Part shown: one piece after another, positions 55,525 to 64,000 of the stretch
Position numbering within the stretch: the first letter of the stretch is position 1
Layout: each line of letters begins with the position of its first letter
Origin: Actinomycetota bacterium
GTDB lineage: Bacteria > Actinomycetota > UBA4738 > HRBIN12
Direction of reading: 5' to 3'
DNA length: 64,000 bases
NCBI GenBank assembly: GCA_041287635.1
Contig: JBGGNG010000057.1
Location: 54,062-118,061 of the forward strand
Program-made: the position numbers and the translations under genes
Notes under the pieces: model-generated
What the model was told of the DNA's origin: nothing
Database searches by the model: none
What the model saw: the letters and a program-made list of their open reading frames with translations, nothing else

Positions 55525-56238
55525 ATGGGTTTCGAGGTGATCCCCGCGATCGACGTCTCCGGCGGACGGCTCGCGTCCTACTCGCCCGCGGGACCCGTCC
55601 CCGAGAGCGCGTTCGACGGCGACCCGCTCGCCGCAGCCGGTGAATACGCCGCAGCGGGAGCGCGATGGGTGCACGTCGTCGACCTGGACCTCGCGTTCGA
55701 CGGCTTCGCGCGCAACCTCGACGTCGTGCGCGCGATCGTGCCGCTCGGTGTACGCGTGCAGGCGAGCGGGGGCATCCGCACGATCGCCGACGCGCAGGCG
55801 GCGCTCGACGCAGGCGCCTCTCGCGTCGTGCTCGGATCGGGCGCGCTCGCAGAGGAAGCCGGCGCCCTCGATGCGATCGAGCGCTTCAGCGGCCGGATCA
55901 TCGTCGGTATCGAGGTGGAGGGCGGCCGCATCCGATCACGGGGAGCCGACGGCGTGGATCTCCCGCTCGTCGAAACCCTGGGCTGGCTGGTGGCCGGGGG
56001 CGCGCCGGCGTTCCTGGTGACCGCGGTCGCTCGGGTCGGAAGCCTCATGGGTCCCGACGTCGCGGTGGTCAAGAGGGTCATCCGGGCGGGCCGTCCGGTG
56101 ATCGCCGCGGGGGGCATCTCCAGCATCGAGGACCTCAAGGGCCTCCGCGCGTCGGGGGCCTCCGGCGCCGTCGTGGGCCGCGCCGCCCTCGAGGGTGGGC
56201 TCGATCTCGAGGGAGCCCTGAGCCTCGGGCTCGGGTGA
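55525..56238 (+). CDS. hisA: HisA/PriA-fold (beta/alpha)8 phosphoribosyl isomerase located in the trp operon (probable PRA isomerase function)
   Basis: MGFEVIPAIDVSGGRLAS (HisA/PriA N-terminal Asp motif), ...GGIRTIAD..., ...AGGISSIEDL; 40 bp upstream of trpC on the same strand. Confidence 0.75.
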   Translation: MGFEVIPAIDVSGGRLASYSPAGPVPESAFDGDPLAAAGEYAAAGARWVHVVDLDLAFDGFARNLDVVRAIVPLGVRVQASGGIRTIADAQAALDAGASRVVLGSGALAEEAGALDAIERFSGRIIVGIEVEGGRIRSRGADGVDLPLVETLGWLVAGGAPAFLVTAVARVGSLMGPDVAVVKRVIRAGRPVIAAGGISSIEDLKGLRASGASGAVVGRAALEGGLDLEGALSLGLG

Positions 56239-56277
56239 GCGGGGTACGGCAGACCTGTCGGTAGACTCGCGGGCTCG

Positions 56278-57087
56278 ATGGGATTCCTCACCGACTTCGT
56301 CTCCGGGGTTCGACGCGACCTCCGCGACCGCCCCCTCGACGAGGGGGCCCTCCTGTCCCGCGCGCAGGCTCGGCCCCCGGCCCGCGGGTTCGTCGCCGCG
56401 CTGCGCGAGCGGACGCCGGCCTTGATCGCCGAGATCAAGCGCGCCTCACCGAGCGCCGGCTCGATCGCCGACGGAGCCGATCCGATCTCCCAGGCGATCG
56501 CCTACGCCGACGCAGGCGCCGCGGCGATCTCGGTGCTGACCGAGCCACGCCACTTCCATGGGTCGCTCTCCGACCTCGAGGCCGCGCGGGTGAGCGTGCA
56601 GGTGCCGTTGCTGCGCAAGGACTTCTTGGTTCATCCGGCGCAGGTGATCGAAGCGCGCGCGCACGGCGCCGACGCCGTGCTGCTGATCACGGCGGCGCTC
56701 ACCGACGACGAGCTTGCGGCGATGCTCGCGATGGCCGGAGATCTCGGCATGGGTGCCCTCGTCGAGACCCACACCGCCGATGAGCTCGATCGCGCGATCG
56801 CGTGCGGCGCCGAGGTGATCGGAGTCAACGCTCGCGAGCTCGAGTCCCTCGAGGTCGACGTCGCGGGTGCGCTCGAGCTCATGCGACGCGTCCCCGGCGA
56901 GCGGGTGGCCGTCTTCGAGTCGGGCCTGAGGACACGAGCCGACGTCGACGCCGCCGTCGACGCCGGGGCGTCTGCCATCCTGGTGGGCGAGGCCCTGATG
57001 CGCGCCGCCGATCCGCGCGCCGCTGTGCGCGAACTCATCGGTGGTTCCGCCCACGACCCGAACGACGAGGAGACCAGCCCGGCATGA
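56278..57087 (+). CDS. trpC: indole-3-glycerol-phosphate synthase
   Basis: [41 protein letters not shown] motifs. Confidence 0.85.
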   Translation: MGFLTDFVSGVRRDLRDRPLDEGALLSRAQARPPARGFVAALRERTPALIAEIKRASPSAGSIADGADPISQAIAYADAGAAAISVLTEPRHFHGSLSDLEAARVSVQVPLLRKDFLVHPAQVIEARAHGADAVLLITAALTDDELAAMLAMAGDLGMGALVETHTADELDRAIACGAEVIGVNARELESLEVDVAGALELMRRVPGERVAVFESGLRTRADVDAAVDAGASAILVGEALMRAADPRAAVRELIGGSAHDPNDEETSPA

Positions 57088-58295
57088 GTCCCGACACCGC
57101 CACGCCACCCCTGCCGACCGTGCCCGACGAGCGCGGACGCTTCGGGGACTACGGGGGCCGGTACGTGCCCGAGGTGCTGATCCCCGCGCTCGACGAGCTC
57201 GCGGACGCCTGGGCGCGTCTGCGCGACGATCCCGGGTTCCGCGGCGAGCTCGGCGCGCTGAGCCGCGACTTCGTCGGACGTCCGACGCCGATCACCCACG
57301 CTGCCCGCCTCTCCGCCGAGCTCGGGTACGAGGTCTGGTTGAAGCGCGAGGACCTCGCCCACACGGGAGCCCACAAGATCAACAACGCGCTCGGTCAGGC
57401 GCTGCTCGCCAAGCGACTCGGGAAGCGGCGCATCATCGCCGAGACCGGCGCCGGACAGCACGGGGTGGCCGCCGCCACGGCGTGCGCGCTGCTCGGGCTC
57501 CCGTGTGTCGTCTACATGGGCGAGGAGGACACGCATCGCCAGGCGCCGAACGTCGCGCGCATGAAGCTGCTCGGCGCCGAGGTCGTGCCCGTCACCGCCG
57601 GCACCAAGACGCTGAAGGAAGCCGTGAACGAAGCGCTGCGCGACTGGGCGGCCACGGTCACCGATACCCACTACATCATCGGGTCGGTGGTGGGGCCCCA
57701 CCCGTTCCCGCAGCTCGTTCGCGACCTGCAGCGGGTGATCGGCGACGAGGCCCGAGCCCAGTACGCCGAGCGACTGGGCGGCGATCCCGAGGTCGTCGTG
57801 GCGTGCGTGGGCGGAGTGTCCAACGCGATCGGCATGTTCACGGCGTTCGTCGGCACCCCCGGCGTGCGCCTGATCGGGGTGGAGGCGGGCGGCCGCGGTA
57901 TGAACCTGGGGGAGCACTGCTCCTCGATCACCCAGGGGCAGCCGGGTGTGCTGCACGGCGCGATGATGTACCTGCTGCAGGACGCCGAGGGGCAGATCAT
58001 CGAGACCCACTCGATCTCGGCCGGCCTCGACTACCCGGGCGTGGGGCCCGAGCACGCGTGGCTGCACGACGAGGGGCTCGCGGAGTACGTGAGCGCCTCC
58101 GACGAGGACGCGCTCACCGGCTTCCAGGCGCTCGCGCGCACAGAGGGCATCCTGCCGGCGTTGGAGCCCGCCCACGTGATCGGCTGGCTGCTGCACCGCC
58201 CCCTGCCCGAGGGCGCCCGGGTCCTCGTCTGCCTCTCGGGCCGGGGCGACAAGGACCTCGACACCGTGCTCGCGGCGCTGGAGTCTCGGGCCTGA
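57084..58295 (+). CDS. trpB: tryptophan synthase beta chain
   Basis: ATG overlaps the trpC stop (ATGA); [36 protein letters not shown]. Confidence 0.9.
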   Translation: MSPDTATPPLPTVPDERGRFGDYGGRYVPEVLIPALDELADAWARLRDDPGFRGELGALSRDFVGRPTPITHAARLSAELGYEVWLKREDLAHTGAHKINNALGQALLAKRLGKRRIIAETGAGQHGVAAATACALLGLPCVVYMGEEDTHRQAPNVARMKLLGAEVVPVTAGTKTLKEAVNEALRDWAATVTDTHYIIGSVVGPHPFPQLVRDLQRVIGDEARAQYAERLGGDPEVVVACVGGVSNAIGMFTAFVGTPGVRLIGVEAGGRGMNLGEHCSSITQGQPGVLHGAMMYLLQDAEGQIIETHSISAGLDYPGVGPEHAWLHDEGLAEYVSASDEDALTGFQALARTEGILPALEPAHVIGWLLHRPLPEGARVLVCLSGRGDKDLDTVLAALESRA

Positions 58296-59068
58296 TGGGC
58301 GCCCTGGAGGCCGCGCTCCGGGCGCGTCGCGACCTCGGTGGACGTTCGTTCGTCCCCTACCTGACCGGCGGCTTCCCGGGGGTCGATCCGGCCCTGCTGC
58401 GGGCCGTGGCCAACGCCGGCGCCGACGCGATCGAGGTGGGGGTGCCGCACTCCGACCCGGTGATGGACGGGGGAGTGATCCAGGAGGCGTCCTCAGCCGC
58501 GCTCGCCGCCGGCACCCGTCCGTCCGACGTGCTCGCGACGATCCGCGACGCCGCGCTCGACATCCCCGTCGCCGTGATGACCTACGTGAATCCCGTGCTC
58601 CGTCGCGGGGTCGGGGCGTTCCTGGACGAGGCGCACGACGCGGGCGTCTCAGGCATCATCGTGCCGGATCTGCCGGTCGACGAGGCCGAGACCTTCGACG
58701 CGGCCTGTGCGGCCAAGGGCATCGACGCCGTCCTGCTGGCGGCCCCGGGGGCCAAGCCTGCGCGGCTGGCCGACATCGGAGCCAGGTCGCGTGGGTTCGT
58801 CTACTGCGTGGCGACGTACGGCGTCACCGGAGCACGAGATGCGCTGGGCGGCAGTGCTCAGGAGCTGGTCTCCGCCCTCCGTCCCCTCACCGACCTGCCC
58901 CTCCTGGTGGGGGTCGGGATCGGCACACCCGATCAGGCTCACCAGGCCGGCGAGTTCGCCGACGGCGTTATCGTCGGCAGCGCCCTGATGGCCCGACTGG
59001 TGCAGGGCGACCGACGCGGCATGCTCGGCCTGGCGCGATCGTTCCGCGAGGCCCTCCCACCGGCGTGA
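58295..59068 (+). CDS. trpA: tryptophan synthase alpha chain
   Basis: ATG overlaps the trpB stop (TGATG); FVPYLTGGFPG, IEVGVPHSDPVMDG, GFVYCVATYGVTG. Confidence 0.85.
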   Translation: MGALEAALRARRDLGGRSFVPYLTGGFPGVDPALLRAVANAGADAIEVGVPHSDPVMDGGVIQEASSAALAAGTRPSDVLATIRDAALDIPVAVMTYVNPVLRRGVGAFLDEAHDAGVSGIIVPDLPVDEAETFDAACAAKGIDAVLLAAPGAKPARLADIGARSRGFVYCVATYGVTGARDALGGSAQELVSALRPLTDLPLLVGVGIGTPDQAHQAGEFADGVIVGSALMARLVQGDRRGMLGLARSFREALPPA

Positions 59069-59214
59069 TCGGTCCCCCGGGCAGAGGTGGCGGGCATCCC
59101 GATGGGACCCGTCGAACGTATGCACGTGCAGGCCGATCCGACGGAGCGATTGGCTTGAAGGTGCGGGATGTGATACCAACACGCGTCCCGAAGCACTCAA
59201 GGGAAGGGGGCCCG

Positions 59215-60531
59215 ATGAAGCGTCGACCTTGGCTGACGGTGATCGCCACCGTCGCCGCGCTCGCCCTGGTGGCGAGCGCTTGCTCCAACGACGACGGTGG
59301 TGGCGACAGCGGCGGCGGCGACACCGAGACCGCGGCAGCCGACGAGTTCGGCACGGTCGAGATCGCGGAGGGCGAGCCGATCAACATCGGTTCGCTGCTG
59401 GTGATCTCTGGCGCCGACGCCGCGCTCGGTCAGGACAGCCAGAACGGCGCCGTGCTCGCTGCCGACTACCTCGACGGCACGTTCGACGGCACCGACGGCC
59501 AGTTGCTCGGCCACGACATCCAGTGGTCGCACGAGGACGAGCTCTGCACGGCCGAAGGCGGTCAGGCTGGAGGCACCGCCCTCTCGGCCGACCCGTCGAT
59601 CGTGGCCGTGATCGGCACGAGCTGCTCCAGCGCGGCGTTGGGCGTCGCCGACACGATCATGTCCGAGAAGGGCATCCTGCTCTTCTCGCCGTCGAACACG
59701 AACCCGGCGCTGACCTCGGAAGAGGCGCACCAGCCGTTCTACGCGCGCACCGCGCACAACGACCGCATCCAGGGTGCGATCGTGGCCGAGTACGCCTTGA
59801 ACGAGCAGGGCGCGACGAAGCTGGCGACGATTCACGACGAGAGCCCGTACACGCAGGGCCTCACCGCGGCGGCGGCCGTCAACTTCGAGGCCGGTGACGG
59901 CACCGTGACGGTGCAGGAGCAGATCAACTCCGAGGACACCGACTTCAAGCCCCTATTGCGGTCGATCGCTGAGGGCGACCCCGACGTGCTGTATGCGCCG
60001 GTGTTCGTCGCGGCGTGCTCGCTGATCCTCAAGCAGGCGGCCGAGATCATGCCGGACGTCACGATCATGGCGTCGGACGGGTGCATGAGCAGCGACACGC
60101 TTAAGAACGCCGGCGACGCCGTCGACGGCGTCTTCCTGTCGTCGCCGGACATCTCGGTGTTCCAGGAGGGTGAGTTCTACTCCAACGAGTTCATCCCCGC
60201 CTACGAGGAGCAGTTCGGCACGGAGCCGACCTCGGTCTTCCACGCGCACGCCTTCGACGCGACGAACGTCCTGTTCGACGCGATCGAGCAGGTCGCGGTG
60301 GAGAACGACGACGGCTCACTGTCGATCCCTCGGACAGCCCTGCGCGACGCGGTGTTCGCGACGTCGGGGTACGAGGGCCTCACCGGCATCATCACCTGCA
60401 CCGAACTGGGTGACTGTGCCACGGACGTGACGATCGGCATCTTCGAGGGCCCGAACTGGCCAGTCGAGGGTGGGGCGAAGCCCGACACACCGGTGTACAG
60501 CGACACGAAGTCGCTGGACGACGTCCTGTAG
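59215..60531 (+). CDS. livJ: branched-chain amino acid ABC transporter substrate-binding lipoprotein (LivJ/LivK family)
   Basis: ATG at 59215 after AAGGGAAGGGGG; signal peptide plus lipobox LVASAC; type-I periplasmic binding fold. Confidence 0.8.
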   Translation: MKRRPWLTVIATVAALALVASACSNDDGGGDSGGGDTETAAADEFGTVEIAEGEPINIGSLLVISGADAALGQDSQNGAVLAADYLDGTFDGTDGQLLGHDIQWSHEDELCTAEGGQAGGTALSADPSIVAVIGTSCSSAALGVADTIMSEKGILLFSPSNTNPALTSEEAHQPFYARTAHNDRIQGAIVAEYALNEQGATKLATIHDESPYTQGLTAAAAVNFEAGDGTVTVQEQINSEDTDFKPLLRSIAEGDPDVLYAPVFVAACSLILKQAAEIMPDVTIMASDGCMSSDTLKNAGDAVDGVFLSSPDISVFQEGEFYSNEFIPAYEEQFGTEPTSVFHAHAFDATNVLFDAIEQVAVENDDGSLSIPRTALRDAVFATSGYEGLTGIITCTELGDCATDVTIGIFEGPNWPVEGGAKPDTPVYSDTKSLDDVL

Positions 60532-60555
60532 TCCCGGAACGAGAGCACGACGGAT

Positions 60556-60587
60556 CCCCGGGCGACCGCGTGAGCGGTCGCCCGGGG
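60556..60587 (+). terminator. perfect 14-bp stem / 4-nt loop hairpin (CCCCGGGCGACCGC gtga GCGGTCGCCCGGGG) between livJ and livH
   Basis: Read directly 25 nt after the livJ stop. Confidence 0.45.
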
Positions 60588-60615
60588 GCCCATCCATGAG
60601 GGGGGCGGGCGAGGC

Positions 60616-61716
60616 GTGTCCAGTTCCGGGTCCGCACGAACCGTCGACGCGCGGCTGAGCGGTTTCGCGACGCTCCCGTGGCGTCGCATCATCCTGGTGG
60701 TGCTCGGTGCGACGATCGCGTTCGTCGCCGTCGCGGGCGCCTACAAGACCCTCACCCTGCCGGAAGGGGAACGCTACTCCGGCGACTTCTGGATCGACCA
60801 GATCGTCAACGGGCTCGGCCAGGGAGCGATCCTCGCGCTGATCGCGCTCGGCTACACGCTCGTCTACGGCATCCTCCGCATGATCAACTTCGCCCACGGC
60901 GAGGTCTTCATGGCGGGTGCGTTCATCTCCTTCTTCTTCGCCGACGCGTATCTCAAGAGCGGGTTCCTCGACTCGAACACGTACCTCGCGCTCCTGATCC
61001 TGCTCGTCGTCTCGATCGCCGGGTCGACCCTCGTCGCGATCCTGCTTGAGCGCATCGCCTATCGGCCCCTTCGCAACGCGCCACGGCTCGTGCCGTTGAT
61101 CACCGCGATCGGGGCGTCCCTCTTCATCGCGAACGCGTTCCGCGGGTTCTTCGGACCGCAGCCGTACGGCTACCCGCTGCCGACGCTGCTGCAGGGATCG
61201 ATCGGGATCTTCGGGATCTCGGTAGCCAGGGTGCAGCTCCTCGTCTTCGTGACGGCGATCGTGGCGATGGTGGCCCTCCAGCTCTTCGTGAACCGCAGCC
61301 GCACCGGTCGCTCGATGCGTGCGGTCGCCGAGGACAGCGAGATCGCGAGCCTCATGGGCATCAACGTGGACCGCATCGTCGTGATCACGTTCATCGTGGG
61401 CGGCATCCTCGCAGGCATCGCCGGCCTCCTCTTCGCCCTCACGTTCCAGCAGGTGCAGTTCACGATGGGCTTCAAGCCGGGCATCGCGGCGTTCACCGCC
61501 GCCGTGCTCGGAGGCATCGGCAGCATCGGCGGTGCCGCGCTCGGCGGGTTCGTGCTGGGGGTGCTCCAGGCTGTCGGGCCGCCGCTGCTGCTGACCGGCT
61601 TCGGCATCCCGAGCCCGTTCTCACTGAAGGACGCGTTCGTGTTCCTCGTGCTGATCCTCGTGCTCGTGTTCCGACCCGGCGGCCTGCTCGGCTCCGGAGA
61701 GGCGGAGAAGGTCTGA
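60616..61716 (+). CDS. livH: branched-chain amino acid ABC transporter permease (LivH type)
   Basis: GLGQGAILALIALGYTLVYGILRMINFAHGE permease signature. Confidence 0.85.
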   Translation: MSSSGSARTVDARLSGFATLPWRRIILVVLGATIAFVAVAGAYKTLTLPEGERYSGDFWIDQIVNGLGQGAILALIALGYTLVYGILRMINFAHGEVFMAGAFISFFFADAYLKSGFLDSNTYLALLILLVVSIAGSTLVAILLERIAYRPLRNAPRLVPLITAIGASLFIANAFRGFFGPQPYGYPLPTLLQGSIGIFGISVARVQLLVFVTAIVAMVALQLFVNRSRTGRSMRAVAEDSEIASLMGINVDRIVVITFIVGGILAGIAGLLFALTFQQVQFTMGFKPGIAAFTAAVLGGIGSIGGAALGGFVLGVLQAVGPPLLLTGFGIPSPFSLKDAFVFLVLILVLVFRPGGLLGSGEAEKV

Positions 61717-63497
61717 TGCGATCGGCGGTCCGGGTCGGGGCGATCGCCGGGGCCGTGACGATCTTCCTCGCGGCGGTCGGGCTGATCGGCAACTTCACCG
61801 ACCTGAACCTGATCGGCACCCAGGTGACGTTCGCCGGGTTGATGATCCTGACGCCGCCGCTGCTCGCCGGCTACGTGGCCATCACGCCGCGGGTCGAGGC
61901 GGGGCGGCTGATCGAGCTCGGCCGCGGGGAGGCGCTCGCGGCCGGTGCGACCGCCGGGGCGCTCGCCGGCGTGGTCTTCGGAGCGTTCGTCGTCTTCGTC
62001 GACACGTTCGGCGTCGAGCGCATCCGCGAGGTGTTCATCAACATCTCACCGGAGTTGATGGAGTACCTGACGCAGGGACGCACCGCGATCGTCGCGGCCG
62101 CCATCCTCGTCGCCGTCTCGGTCGCGGCCGGCGCCGCCGGTGCCGGGTATCGCACCCTGTCCGATCCGATCCGCCGCCCGCTGGGAACGGCCGTGTGGGT
62201 GACGCTGCTCTTCGGGTTCCTGCAGCGCATCGTGCCGATCGCGCTCGACCAGCTCGATGTGGAGCGCGACTGGATGTACAGCAAGGTGACCGGGGGCCTG
62301 ACGTGGGTCGGGGCGGTCGTGATCGCGGCCGTCGCCGCGGGCGCCTCGGTGCTGAAGGCGCGCAAGGGCGATGCGATCCGCGCCGCGATCAAGGGTCAAC
62401 GTGACCGGCGGGCCGACGGTCCTCGCCTCACCCCGCTTTCCTTCGCCCTGATGCTCGTGGGTCTCGCCGTCGTGCTGATCGCGCCCCACGTGCTCGGCTC
62501 GGTGATCTCGGAGGTCCTCGGCACCGTCATGGTGTTCGCGTTGCTCGGCCTCGGGCTCAACATCGTCGTGGGCTACGCCGGCCTGCTGGACCTCGGGTAC
62601 GTGTTCTTCTTCACGCTCGGGGCGTACACCCTCGCCCTGCTCACCGGGGCCACCCTGAACACGTTCGTCGGCTCCACCGAGCCGGCGATCGCCTTCAACC
62701 TCAACTTCTACGTCGCGATCCCGATCGTCGTGCTGGTCGCCGCCGGCGCCGGCGTGCTGATCGGTGCGCCGGTGCTGCGCCTGCGCGGCGACTACCTCGC
62801 GCTCGTCACCCTCGGGCTGGGCGAGATGATCGTCGTGCTGGTCACGAGTCCATGGCTCGAACCGCTCGTCGGCGGTCCCCAGGGCATGCGCGACATCACC
62901 GACGCCGCGATCGGGAACTTCGGCTTCCGGGACCCGAAGCACTTCTACTACCTCGCGTTCGCCTTCGTCGTGCTCGCGCTCTTCGTCTCGTGGCGGCTCG
63001 CCAACTCGCGCGTCGGCCGTGCGTGGACCGCGCTGCGCGAGGACGAGCAGGTCGCCGACGCGATGGGGGTGAGCACGACCGCTTACAAGCTGCTCGCCTT
63101 CGCGATGGGCGGCGCGATCGGCTCCGTCGGGGGCGCGCTGTTCGCCGTGAAGATCGGCTCCCTCACGCCGGCGAGCTTCACCGTGCTCGTCTCGATCCAG
63201 GTGCTCGGCATCGTGATCCTGGGGGGCATCGGCAGCCTGCCCGGTGTGATCACCGGGTCCCTCGTGCTCGTGGGCCTTCCGGGTTTGCTGCGCGAGTTCG
63301 AGGAGTACCGCCTGCTCGCCTACGGCGCGGCGCTCGTCGCGGTGATGCTGCTGCGACCCGCGGGCCTGATCCCGAACGTGCGCAGGAGCCGCGAGCTGAA
63401 GGACGAGGACCGAGAACAGGACAAGTGGGCCAGCGACGTGGCGGCCGATGAACACGCGGCGACGCCCATCACCCCTCTGGGGGAGGGCGCCGGATGA
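61716..63497 (+). CDS. livM: branched-chain amino acid ABC transporter permease (LivM type) with a long extra N-terminal membrane domain
   Basis: ATG overlaps the livH stop; C-terminal half carries the LivM core (LLDLGYVFFFTLGAYT...); 593 aa, ~250 aa longer than typical. Confidence 0.8.
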   Translation: MRSAVRVGAIAGAVTIFLAAVGLIGNFTDLNLIGTQVTFAGLMILTPPLLAGYVAITPRVEAGRLIELGRGEALAAGATAGALAGVVFGAFVVFVDTFGVERIREVFINISPELMEYLTQGRTAIVAAAILVAVSVAAGAAGAGYRTLSDPIRRPLGTAVWVTLLFGFLQRIVPIALDQLDVERDWMYSKVTGGLTWVGAVVIAAVAAGASVLKARKGDAIRAAIKGQRDRRADGPRLTPLSFALMLVGLAVVLIAPHVLGSVISEVLGTVMVFALLGLGLNIVVGYAGLLDLGYVFFFTLGAYTLALLTGATLNTFVGSTEPAIAFNLNFYVAIPIVVLVAAGAGVLIGAPVLRLRGDYLALVTLGLGEMIVVLVTSPWLEPLVGGPQGMRDITDAAIGNFGFRDPKHFYYLAFAFVVLALFVSWRLANSRVGRAWTALREDEQVADAMGVSTTAYKLLAFAMGGAIGSVGGALFAVKIGSLTPASFTVLVSIQVLGIVILGGIGSLPGVITGSLVLVGLPGLLREFEEYRLLAYGAALVAVMLLRPAGLIPNVRRSRELKDEDREQDKWASDVAADEHAATPITPLGEGAG

Positions 63498-64000
63498 GTG
63501 CCCCCCTCCTGGAGGTCGACGGCGTCACGAAGCGGTTCGGGGGGCTCAGCGCCCTCAACGACCTCTCGTTCGAGGTCGCGGAGGGCGAGATCGTCTCGAT
63601 CATCGGCCCCAACGGCGCCGGCAAGTCGACCGTGTTCAACGTCATCACCGGTCTCTACCCGCCCGACGAGGGGGACGTGCGACTGCGCGGCATCTCGGTC
63701 GTGGGTCTGGCGCCGAACCGCCTCACGCGGGCGGGGATCGCGCGCACGTTCCAGAACGTGCACCTCTTCCCGAACATGACCGTGCTCGAGAACGCGATGG
63801 TTGGGCAGCATTGCCGGAGCAAGGCGGGGGTCTTCGGGTCGATCTTTCGCCCCCCCTCGGTGCGCCGCGAGGAGACCGCGATCCGCGCCCGCGCGCGGGA
63901 GAGCCTCGAGTTCTTTGGGTCGCGATTGGCCGGGTATCGACAGGACCAGCCCGCGTTCGTGCTCTCGTACGCGAACCGGCGGCGGCTCGAGATGGCCCGG
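63494..64000 (+). CDS. livG: ABC transporter ATP-binding protein (LivG type), 3' end outside window
   Basis: ATG overlaps the livM stop (ATGA), reading MSAPLLEVDGVTKRFGGLSALNDLSFEVAEGEIVSIIGPNGAGKST (Walker A) in a frame not listed in the ORF track; the truncated 63498 ORF in the track is a different frame. Confidence 0.8.
   Translation, partial: MSAPLLEVDGVTKRFGGLSALNDLSFEVAEGEIVSIIGPNGAGKSTVFNVITGLYPPDEGDVRLRGISVVGLAPNRLTRAGIARTFQNVHLFPNMTVLENAMVGQHCRSKAGVFGSIFRPPSVRREETAIRARARESLEFFGSRLAGYRQDQPAFVLSYANRRRLEMAR

Noticed and set aside
1-64000. CRISPR arrays, IS elements, integrases, tRNA/rRNA genes, tandem repeats
   Set aside because: No repeated spacer-repeat periodicity, no transposase/integrase/recombinase ORFs and no tRNA-like T-loop (GGTTCGAATCC) in any intergenic region; all intergenic spacers are under 310 bp and accounted for.

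Overview
This is a high-GC (~70%) actinobacterial-type chromosomal segment, densely packed with conserved core genes and showing no mobile elements, CRISPR arrays, tRNA or rRNA genes. From 5' to 3' it carries a truncated pfk and ltaE, a sulfite-oxidase-like Mo enzyme, nfo and a PASTA Ser/Thr kinase. A pseudouridine catabolism pair (psuK-psuG) follows. A long minus-strand run then holds rocD, a DUF402 gene, a membrane protein, a Cys-less SufS/CsdA-like PLP enzyme, a UDP-sulfoquinovose synthase (SQD1/SqdB/Agl3 type) and a membrane GT2. Next is a LexA-box-fronted mutagenic cassette of small ORF, MBL hydrolase, DnaE2 and catalytically intact DinB, then DUF3040, a MerR regulator, a MoxR/DUF58/transglutaminase triad and an HNH endonuclease. 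The complete dcw cluster runs mraZ-rsmH-ftsL-ftsI-murE-murF-mraY-murD-ftsW-murG-murC-murB-ftsQ-ftsZ, followed by yggS-sepF-yggT-divIVA. After that come ileS with a T-box leader, DUF167, a DksA-like gene, lspA, rluD, dnaE1, a Lon-N domain protein, a HisA/PriA-fold gene fused into trpCBA, and a livJHMG-type ABC transporter. Most long antisense ORFs in the six-frame track are GC-bias artefacts. The most unusual content is the sulfoquinovose module, the imuAB-less SOS cassette, the SOS-box-like site on the mraZ promoter and the HisA-fold gene inside the trp operon.
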